From Octopus sinensis (Eukaryota): 19,218 nt of DNA. Positions 1 to 9,019 of this stretch are shown one piece after another. The DNA lies in assembly GCF_006345805.1 (NCBI RefSeq), contig NW_021824310.1, positions 1-19,218 of the forward strand, given 5' to 3'. Each line of letters begins with the position of its first letter. Position 1 is the first letter of the stretch. A program made the translations under genes and the position numbers. The notes under the pieces are model-generated. The model did not search any database, was not told where the DNA came from, and worked only from the letters and a program-made list of their open reading frames with translations.

Positions 1-48
1 GAAGAAAGAAGAAGAAGGAAGAAGAAGAAGAAGCAAAGAAGAAGAAAA
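1..48. repeat. (GAA)n microsatellite, cut by window edge
   Basis: Imperfect gaa repeats read directly from the sequence. Confidence 0.9.
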
Positions 49-204
49 TGAGGGTGGGGTGAGAGGAATTAAAAATGAATGAATAAAATAACAACAAAAA
101 GGAAGAATTAAATGTAATAAAAAAATGAAATAATGCTACATAAAAACGCTAAAAGTCACAGAATAGCAAGAATTTTTTGTTTTACAATGATACCGATGGC
201 GGTT

Positions 205-227
205 ACGACGACGACGACGACGACGAC

Positions 228-276
<49 letters not shown>

Positions 277-735
277 GTGATGGTGATGATCATGATGATG
301 GTGATGGTGATGATGATGATGATGATGACGATGATGATGGTGATGATGATGTGGTGGTGGTGGTGGAGGAAGAGGAGGAGGAAAAGGGCGATTATGATAA
401 TGATATCATCATCATCATCATCATGAGGAGTAGGAGGAGGAAGACGATGATGATGACGGTGATGGTGGTGATGATGATAATGATGATGATGATGATGATG
501 ATTACGATGAGAGAGATTACCATGGTCATTGTTGTGGTTGATGACGACGATGATGATGATGAGGAGGAGGAGAGGAGGAGGAGGAGGAGGAGGAGGAGTA
601 AAAGGGCGACAATGATAACGATGACGATGATTGTTATCATCATCATCATCCTGAGGGTAGGAGGGTTGGAGGAGGACGAAGATGACGATGATGATGATGA
701 CGACAACGAATTTGACGATGATGATGAATGTCTTA
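205..735. repeat. Compound (GAC)n/(GAT)n/(GGT)n/(GAG)n trinucleotide low-complexity tract
   Basis: Direct reading. It explains the poly-D/M/I/H ORFs in several frames. Confidence 0.95.
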
Positions 736-812
736 CGGTGATGATAAGCTGTAACGTAGAACATATTCGGTGGTGGTGGGCGAGAGTAAGTACCCGTGGG
801 TTATGTGAGAGA

Positions 813-1216
813 TCTTTATCTTTTATCGTTTGCTTGCTTCAGTCATTAGACTGCGGCCATGCTTGGGCACCACATTGAATTTTTTTTTAGCCGAATAATA
901 CCCATTACTTTATTTTTTTCTAAAATTTGGTACTTATTCTATCGACATCTTTTGCCGAACTGCTAAGTTACGGGGACGTAAATACACCCACACCAGTCAA
1001 GTGGTAGTAGGGGACAAACACAGACACACTGACGCAAACACGCACGCTCACACACACGCACACATATATATATACGATAGGCTTCTTTCAGTTTCCATCT
1101 ACCAAAATCCCGAAGGCATAATAGAAGACACTCGCCCATGGTGCCACGCACTGGAACTGAACACGGAACCATGTGTTTAGGAAGCAGGTTTCTTACCACA
1201 CAGCCACGACTGCGCC
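813..1216 (-). mobile_element. tRNA-derived SINE, family A (CORE-like), older copy with a ~25-bp internal deletion
   Basis: Reverse complement is collinear with 5738-6160 and 7596-8006: GGCGCAGTCGTGGCTGTGTGGTAAG head (A box), degenerate B box, GCGTGGCACCATGGGCGAGTGTCTTCT core-like segment, internal (TA)/(TG) tract, tail GTGGTGCCCAAGCATGGCCGCAGTCTAATGACTGAAGC. Confidence 0.9.
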
Positions 1217-1259
1217 TATTTACACAGCCACGCTGTGAGCAATGAGTATATCGTCACGT

Positions 1260-1762
1260 GATGAAGACGACGACGACGACGATGACATGATGATGATGAT
1301 GATGATGATGATGACGACGATGATGATGATGATGACGATGATTACGATGATGGTGATGATGATGATGATGATGATGACGATGACGATGATGGTGATGATG
1401 ATGATGATGACGATGACGATGGTGATGATGATGACGATGATTACGATGATGGTGATGATGATGATGATGACGATGATGACGATGATGACGATGATGGTGA
1501 TGATGATGATGATGATGATGATGATGACGATGATGATGATGATGATGATGATGATGATAATGATGATGATGACGATGATGACGATGATGGTGATGATGAT
1601 GATGAGATGATGATGATGACGATGATGACGACGATGATAATGATGATGACGATGATGACGATGATGGTGATGATGATGATGATGATGATGACGATGATGA
1701 TGATGATGACGATGATTATGATGATGATGATGATGATGATGACGATGATGACGACGATGATA

Positions 1763-1794
<32 letters not shown>

Positions 1795-2358
1795 AATAAT
1801 GATGATGATGATGACGATGATGATGATGATGACGATGATGACGACGATGATAATGATGATGATGATGATGCCGATGATGGAAGTGAATATAAAGATAACG
1901 GAAGTAATACTGCAAGAGAACGACGATGAATTGATAAAGATATGAATGAGAACGATGATGAAAATGATCGATGATGATGAGAATGAGGATAATGATAATT
2001 GCAGGTACCACTGGTGACGATGACGATGTTGATGATGACAACGGGGATGGTGATGATGGTGATGGTGATGGTGATGATGATGATGACAACGGTGATGATG
2101 ATGATGATGACAACGGTGATGATGATGATGATGATGATGATGACAACGGTGATGATGATGTTGATGGTGACGATGATGATGAGTATGATGATGACGAGGA
2201 TGATGACGACGAGGATGATGATGACGAGGATGATGACGACGACGGTGATCATGATGATGGTGACGAAGACAATGATGATGATGATGAGATTGACAATCAC
2301 GATTATTTCTGCTGCTCCTGCTGTTGCTGCTACAGATGATGATGACGACGACGACGAC

Positions 2359-2409
<51 letters not shown>

Positions 2410-2425
2410 GAAGATGATGGTTTTT
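1260..2425. repeat. Long (GAT)n/(GAC)n microsatellite array with higher-order subunits
   Basis: Direct reading, with a short AT-rich interruption at ~1880-1950. Recurrent GATGACAACGGTGAT and GATTACGATGATGGT subunits. Confidence 0.95.
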
Positions 2426-3074
2426 GATGCCGATGAAAGCAGTGATGGCTACGACGATGTTTATGACCATGCAGACGACGACCATATTCACTTATGTGTT
2501 TATTCTTTTGTAAGAAATGAAAGGAAACTCAGTACAAAAGTAAAAGCAAAGACATTAATTCTGATAAAAAATGATGATCGTTTATGTGTTTATTTTTTCT
2601 TTATTTTTATCTATTTCGTTTCCTCTCCTCTCACTTCTCCTCCTTCTCCTTCCACACATTTTAGTTTTAAAGATTTTAATTTCTTTCTCTAAGAAAAAAA
2701 AAATACAAAAAACAAAAAGCAATTTCATATTTCTACCTTTTTTATTTTTTATCGTATTTTTTTTTATAGGAAATTATTTTACCAAAATTTTTATTTCCTT
2801 CTAGAATCTGGTGATGTGATGTCACGAATAATAATGACGTATTTCTATAACTTAAAAGATGATTTTTTTAAAATACAGAACCAAATATTAGAAACGAAAA
2901 GAAAAGAAAAGAAAGAAAAAAAAAGTTAAAAACGAAAAAAAAACACAAAACAAAACACCCCAGGATCCTGCAATCCACCCCACGTCTTGCTCCACTCCTA
3001 CCTTGCACCGTTTATGTTAAAGGATATTTTATTTAATAAATTACTTTGGAGATTATGGCAAAGGAATATGAATG

Positions 3075-3215
3075 GCTCTGGTGTTGACGCCTGGCGTTGG
3101 CGTGGTGGTGATGGTGCCGTTGGTGGTGGTGTCGTTGTTGTTGTTGTTGTTGTTGTTGTTGCTGGTGGTGGTGGTGGTGGTGGTGGCATTGGTGGTAGTA
3201 GCGATGGCGTTGGTG
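3075..3215. repeat. (GGT)n/(GTT)n low-complexity tract
   Basis: Direct reading. Confidence 0.85.
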
Positions 3216-3306
3216 TTGGGATGGTACGGTACTGATGATGTGTTTTCGAATTGGCACGCGGTGTTTACGGAGCTAGGGTTGATTAATGATGGTGATGTAC
3301 GGTGTT

Positions 3307-3404
3307 ATACATATACACACATATATATATACATACATATATGCATAGATATATCCATACACACATACATGCATGCGCACACATACATATGTCTATATAT
3401 ATAC

Positions 3405-3451
<47 letters not shown>

Positions 3452-3725
3452 CGTCACATACATATAAAGTATATATATATGTATATGTATGTATATATAT
3501 GCATAAATATACATATATATATATACATACATATATTGCATATGTATATATATATGTGTGTATATCATATTGTAAGATAAACAATTTTTATATACATATG
3601 TAGATTTATATCTATGTATGTGTATACATATACATACATACATATATATATATATATGTATATATTAATATATATTTCTATGCATATAATATATCTCCGT
3701 ACATATATATATATGTATCTGTGAG

Positions 3726-3766
<41 letters not shown>

Positions 3767-3796
3767 ATATATGTATACATATATATAATATATATA

Positions 3797-3836
<40 letters not shown>

Positions 3837-3884
3837 TATGTATATATATGTAATGTATATGTATGTCATGTATGTATATGTATG

Positions 3885-3916
<32 letters not shown>

Positions 3917-3935
3917 CATGTAGGTATGTACACAT
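3307..3935. repeat. (TA)n/(TACA)n/(TATG)n compound microsatellite
   Basis: Direct reading. Source of the poly-IY ORFs. Confidence 0.95.
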
Positions 3936-4375
3936 TCAATTATCATGAAGACCAACATCAAAAAGAGCAATTTCTATAAATCCAATTTTAACCAAAAAAA
4001 GGAAGGAAAAAAAGATGAAAGAAGATGAAAAAAAATAACGAATATAAATAAGAATAATAAATAGGCATCCCCTTAACCCCCCCCCACACCTACGATCGCC
4101 TCTGTTTATATATCTGCTCTTAATATTCTTGTTTTTGTTCTTCAAAGGTTTTTATTATATTTTAACGCTTTTCTGTCTATCAGTTGCTATTTACTGATGC
4201 TTGTGTGTGTGTGTTTTTCGCATATCTGAAATCTCACGTGGAATATTCCGCTTGCTTCAATAAATATTAAAACTATTTTTCTGTCGAAGATCAAAGGTTG
4301 AGTATAAAGTAAGTTGTCGTCCCCGATTTAAGCATCAGACGACACATATAGGATGGAGTCATGGATTTGCATGCT

Positions 4376-4567
4376 ATGTGTGTGTGTGTGTGTGTATGTG
4401 TGTGTGTGTGTGTGTGTCTTTATGTCTGTGTTTGTCCGCTACCACAGCTTGACAAGCGGCGTTGGTGACTTTACGCCTCCGTAATTTTGCAGTTCGGCAA
4501 AAGTGACCGATAAAATAAGTACCAGGTCGATTCGTTCAACTAAAATATCCTTCAAGGTGGTGCCCCA
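4376..4567 (+). mobile_element. SINE family A, 3'-half fragment including its internal (TG)n
   Basis: TGTCTGTGTTTGTCC...GCTTGACAA...GTTCGGCAAAAGTGACCGATAAAATAAGTACCAGG...AAGGTGGTGCCCCA aligns with 5954-6115. No tRNA head; breaks off within the tail. Confidence 0.85.
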
Positions 4568-4726
4568 TCTTTTCGAATTATGGCTGCTTTTGCTTAGTGA
4601 GTGGGATTGACTCAGTGCACAGCCTTTCCTCACTTTAAAAAAATCTTCTTGCACAGGCATTGCACGATAACAACATTGATTAAGCTTCGAGCAATGGCCA
4701 TACTCGATAACGAGGGGACAGCCACC

Positions 4727-4753
4727 ATACATATACATATATATGTATGTATG

Positions 4754-4785
<32 letters not shown>

Positions 4786-4828
4786 ATATATATATACCGT
4801 ATATATATATGTATGTGTGTGTGTGTGT
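4727..4828. repeat. (TA)n/(TG)n microsatellite
   Basis: Direct reading. Confidence 0.9.
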
Positions 4829-4842
4829 AATTCCTTAATTTA

Positions 4843-5438
4843 ATTCTTTAAAACGCTTCAACTCCAAAGCTGCGGTCATGCTGGGGCACCACCGTTGACT
4901 GTGCTACACCTTTATTTGAAACCTCCTCTTATATGTGTATTTGGTCAATGAGGTTGTTCGATGCCGCTGTCCTCATCTGTATTTCCTGTCATGATGTAGG
5001 TTTGTCTGGAACCCTAGACAGGAAGAGATCCAGTTTTGTTTTAAAGACACTCACATCCACAACATGCAGGTCTCAGGCATTTTGGAAGGATATGGAAGAG
5101 CTGTTCGCCCTTGAAGCACATGCTGTTGCAGTATCTAGTCCTGTATTTTGATGGCGATGTTGGGATCTTTGGCACTATGCAGTGGGACCCCGTTCTGCTG
5201 TTTGAGTAACTTTCAATGCCAAAGTTTGGTACAAGGCCTTTCAGGAATTTCCAGATGTATATCACGGCATGTATTTCCCGCCTTCGTTCCATGGAGAAGA
5301 GTTTTAATTTTTTCAGTCTTCCCCGGCAGCTGATATGTTGCATTGAGACGACTTTCTTTATGTAGCTTCATTGGATTGCTTCGAGTTTCGCCGTGAATTT
5401 TATATTTTGTGGTGACAATAGTTGGAAGCAGTAGTATA
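4843..5438 (-). mobile_element. 5'-truncated, decayed LINE (CR1/L2-like): C-terminus of the reverse-transcriptase ORF plus 3' UTR
   Basis: Minus-strand translation joined across one frameshift (~5070): YYCFQLLSPQNIKFTAKLEAIQ*SYIKKVVSMQHISCRGRLKKLKLFSMERRREIHAVIYIWKFLKGLVPNFG...GEQLFHILPKCLR / DLHVVDVSVFKTKLDLFLSRVPDKPTS*QEIQMRTAASNNLIDQ. This fits the post-RT motifs YC-W-P, LE-IQRR, RL--L-L-SL--RR, N-LP and FK--LD of CR1/L2-type LINEs. Clade assigned from memory. Confidence 0.85.
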
Positions 5439-5574
5439 TACTTTTCATCCAAGGGGAGGAAGGCAATGTGAGCAACAACCACAGGAACATCACAAAATTC
5501 AAAGATATCTTTGAATTTTGTGATGTTCCTGTGGTTGTTGCTCGCATTGCCTCCCCCTGGATAAAAAAAAAGTG
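5439..5574. mobile_element. Spacerless palindromic element, MITE/foldback-like, flanked by TA
   Basis: Centre 5506/5507 (AAAGAT|ATCTTT). Arms 5461-5506 and 5507-5552 pair at 45/46 positions. Pairing extends imperfectly to TACTTTT (5439) and AAAAGTG (5574), with TA on both sides (5437-5438, 5575-5576). The palindrome is certain; the MITE identity is inferred. Confidence 0.65.
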
Positions 5575-5659
5575 TATACAGCTCATTGGAGCACTTCTAT
5601 TTCCAGTCCGTTGTATATCTTGAGCGTTGTTGTCACTCAAGATATAACTTTATATTTTG

Positions 5660-5694
<35 letters not shown>

Positions 5695-5737
5695 CGCATG
5701 TGTATGTATTTTTGTATGTGTGTGGTATATTATATAA

Positions 5738-6160
5738 GGCGAGGAGTGGCGTTGTGGTAAGTAGCTTGCTAACCAACAAACCGCTGGTTCCGGGTTTCAG
5801 TCCCACTGCGTGGCATCTTGGGGCAAGTGTCTTCTGCTATAGCCTCGGGCTGACCAAATGCCTTGTGAGTGGATTTGGTAGACGAACTGAAAGAAGCCTG
5901 TCGTATAGTGTAATTACTTATAATGTATGTATGTATGTGTGTGTATATGTTGTGTGTCTGTGTTTGTCCCCCCTAGCATTGCTTGACAAAACCGATGCTG
6001 GTGTGTTTACGTCCCCGTCACTTAGCGGTTCGGCAAAAGAGACGATAGAATAAGTACTGGGCTTACAAAGAATAAGTCCCGGGGTCGATTTGCTCGACTA
6101 AAGGCGGTGCTCCAGCATGGCCGCATATCAAACTGAAACAAGTAAAAGAGTAAAAGAGTA
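5738..6160 (+). mobile_element. tRNA-derived SINE, family A, full length
   Basis: A box TGGCGTTGTGG, B-box-like GGTTTCAGTCCC, CORE-like GCGTGGCATCTTGGGGCAAGTG, internal microsatellite, terminal GTAAAAGA repeats. Collinear with 7596-8006. Confidence 0.92.
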
Positions 6161-6317
6161 TATACACACACATTTAAAATGAGGATGAGAAATTTGATAT
6201 TAATTTAATTAACATCAGTTTCACACCAGTGGTCTAGCTTATAAAAATCTGAAGGCTCAGTAAAATTGTATTATATACATATGAGAAGGATGACCAATAT
6301 GTGGACAACCCTCTCAT

Positions 6318-6321
6318 ATGC

Positions 6322-6354
<33 letters not shown>

Positions 6355-6640
6355 GAGAGAGACACGAACTCTTGACCCTTGCTTTGCACTTGCAAATTTA
6401 TGTCGTTGAAATATAACATATATTGATGCATACGTTTAAAGATGCATACACACATGTATACTGATGTATATATATCTGTGTGTATGTGTCTGTGTATGTA
6501 TGTACATGTGTGTGTGTGTGTATGTTTGTATTTATGTATGTATGTGTATGCGTGATATGAGCTATACGAACGTGTATTTGGCAACAGCTTCAGAGATGTA
6601 GCCATATATGCATACCTATATTCACACACACACACAGACA
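6318..6640. repeat. Interrupted (TA)n/(TG)n/(CA)n low-complexity region
   Basis: Direct reading. Confidence 0.75.
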
Positions 6641-6854
6641 CAATGAGATACACAGTACGTATTATATGACGAGTAAATATTTTAATATTGCTATGACAAA
6701 GAATGATGGAATTAATCTTGCGCGTATTTTATTGTCAACTGAGGCTGTCGTGTTTATCAAATGCGAAACACTTTCGATCTTTTGTCGAATCAGAATCACC
6801 GATGGGAACTGAGCGTAACTGCATTTCGACAATGTTTAATAAAAAAGGTAATAT

Positions 6855-6856
<2 letters not shown>

Positions 6857-6910
<54 letters not shown>

Positions 6911-6915
6911 TTCTC
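6857..6915. repeat. (CT)n microsatellite
   Basis: Direct reading. Confidence 0.95.
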
Positions 6916-7595
6916 TTTTTCTGCCTACAGAGCAATAGCTTCCCACATTTAGTTTTCCTGCAACAAACAAATTTAGTCAGCATTTCATGCCAACCATTCT
7001 CTCATAAACGCCATTATTCAATATCTCCTCGAAGAAAAGGAATTATACCACAATAATCCCTGTATACAGTTTCGTGGAATGAGTTATCAGAGTGTTAACT
7101 GTAACTCTACCTCATAAACAGTAGAATTGTGGAATACACGTCACCTAATTCCGGTTTGGTTGTAAAGTTCCATTGTGACTAGACCAACAGAAGTGTAACA
7201 CTCAACTGTTAACTTATATAACGAAAACCTCCGGTGGAATTCCGCTTTCAGCACGCCATAGAACCTCTCATAGGTTTTTTAATTCTTGGAATTTTCAGAA
7301 AATTTTTGTGAATTTGTGTTCTACACACGGCAATGAATACGATTACGAAAAGACCAAAAAGAAAAAGGCAAAGGATTTTTGTGTGTGATTTAAGGGCTAT
7401 TTAACTGTTATTTTTAGAACATCTCACAGCCACCAGATACCGTTTATCGTTTCTTTGTCACTCTGTCGTATTGATGTTATACGGTATCTTTCTCGCCATA
7501 AACACTTTTCATGGTTTATTGTTGGGTGTTTAAAAAAAAATTTCGAACTGTCTGTATTTTTAAACACTAAACGAAAAAAAATCAAATAATTCATA

Positions 7596-8006
7596 GGCGT
7601 AGGAATGGCTTTGTGGTAAGTAACTTGCTTACCAACCATATAGTTCCGGGTTCAGTCCCACTGCGTGGCACCTTGGGTAAGTGGCTTCTACTATAGCCTC
7701 GAGGCGACCAAAGCCTTGTGAGTGGATTTGGTAAACGGAAACTGAAAGAAGCCCGTCGTATATAAGTATATATATGTATGTGTGTATATATGTTTGTGTC
7801 TGTGTTTGTCTCCTCCCAACCCGCCAACATCGCTTGACAACTGATGCTGGTGTGTTTACGTCCCTTAGTGGTTTGGCAAAAGAGACCGATAGAATAAGTA
7901 CTAGGCTTACAACGAATAAGTCCTGGGGACGATTTGCTCGACTAAAGGCAATGCTCCAGCATGGCCACAGTCAAATGACTGAAACAAGTAAAAGAGTAAA
8001 AGAGTA
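7596..8006 (+). mobile_element. tRNA-derived SINE, family A, full length
   Basis: GGCGTAGGAATGGCTTTGTGGTAAG head, B box GGTTCAGTCCC, GCACCTTGGGTAAGTG core-like segment, tail hairpin CAGTC-AAAT-GACTG and GTAAAAGA repeats. Confidence 0.92.
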
Positions 8007-8295
8007 TGTCAAAATAAAAAAATAATTGATTCGAAAAATTAAAAAGAAAGATTTGTTTTCCATAGTCGTATGAATTTTTGTGCGTAGAAGATAAATATTC
8101 CAAAGTTTTCTGAAAAACCCTAAAAATAGAAAAATGTTATAAGGGGTTATACGTCGTGCTTAAATGAGAATTCAGCCAAATCTTTTCATCAAATACTTGT
8201 AGGATTGAAATAGCGGTGGTAAAGATGTCTTTGGATAAAAAGCAAAGAGCTGTACATTCAAATAAGTAACAAGAAATATTTGACATGAAAAATGT

Positions 8296-8590
8296 AGCAT
8301 TTACCAAAAAATAGTAAATATCTACTAAGAAAAAAAACAACTTTCATCTCCTAAAAAGACAACAAGCGTTTACCAAGAATCAACAGACATCTAGCAAAAA
8401 CCAAAAAAAAAAAAAACCCAAAACAACAGACATCTTCCAAGAAAAAACTGACAACACCCAAGAAACAATGACAGTTATCTACCAAGAAATAAAAGACATC
8501 TACGAAGAAGCAAAAAAAATATCTACCAAGTAACAGAAAATATCTACCCAGATATAACAGCAGATGTCTACCCAGAAACAACAAAACGTG
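8296..8590. repeat. Degenerate ~21-25-bp minisatellite, consensus near ACAGACATCTACCAAGAAA(A/C)A
   Basis: ATCTACCAAG-like cores recur about a dozen times (e.g. atatctactaag, acatcttccaag, ttatctaccaag, acatctacgaag, atatctaccaag, atatctacccag, atgtctacccag). Confidence 0.8.
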
Positions 8591-9019
8591 TCCTTAGAAA
8601 ATATAAAGACAAAACTGAATAATTCTAGTAATTTTGTGCTGAGTTTGCAGATATTGGAGTTCTTCTTGATACGGTTTTTGTAATTATTCACGCCATTGCT
8701 GCTTCCATCCGAAAGGAGATGATGTATGTTGAATGTTGCTCCACCCGAGACCCTCAACCCGTCACATATTTATATAAAGATATAATGGATGGCAAGGTTG
8801 ATGATATCGGGAGAATATCGCCTTCCTCCATTATTTATTTTTGTTCTTTGAATAGTTCAGGCTTCTGGCAGGCGAAGAGAGAAGACTATTTACAACTGGT
8901 TTATTTACAAGTTTCACAGGATAGGCGAAGTGTGCTGCTCTCAGCAACCATCTTTAGCTCTGTGCGTTGTGTAGTAGCTCCGTTAGTGCGGGCACATTGC
9001 CTCTGGAGGTACAACATAC

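Noticed and set aside
133-2692. Long poly-D/M/I/H/S ORFs (e.g. 177-878, 1220-2146), superficially like acidic biomineralisation or His-rich proteins
   Set aside because: Open in several frames on both strands because (GAT)n lacks stops in five of six frames. No domain, signal peptide or splice structure, and the block is split by a SINE.
2998-3300. Minus-strand T/N-rich, H/Q-rich and P/T-rich open frames
   Set aside because: All explained by (GGT)/(GTT) repeats; no convincing start, acceptor or homology.
3302-3948. Poly-IY ORFs (also at 9578-10309 and 18394-19102)
   Set aside because: Translations of (TA)n/(TG)n microsatellites.
4570-4725. Possible additional old repeat fragments (also ~7375-7420 and ~9375-9430, which weakly resemble each other)
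   Set aside because: Similarity is too short and degraded to set boundaries or class without a library search.
8742-8764. Calling this miR-125/lin-4 itself
   Set aside because: Seed CCCUGAG is not present and there are six substitutions plus an insertion; kept only as a candidate hairpin.
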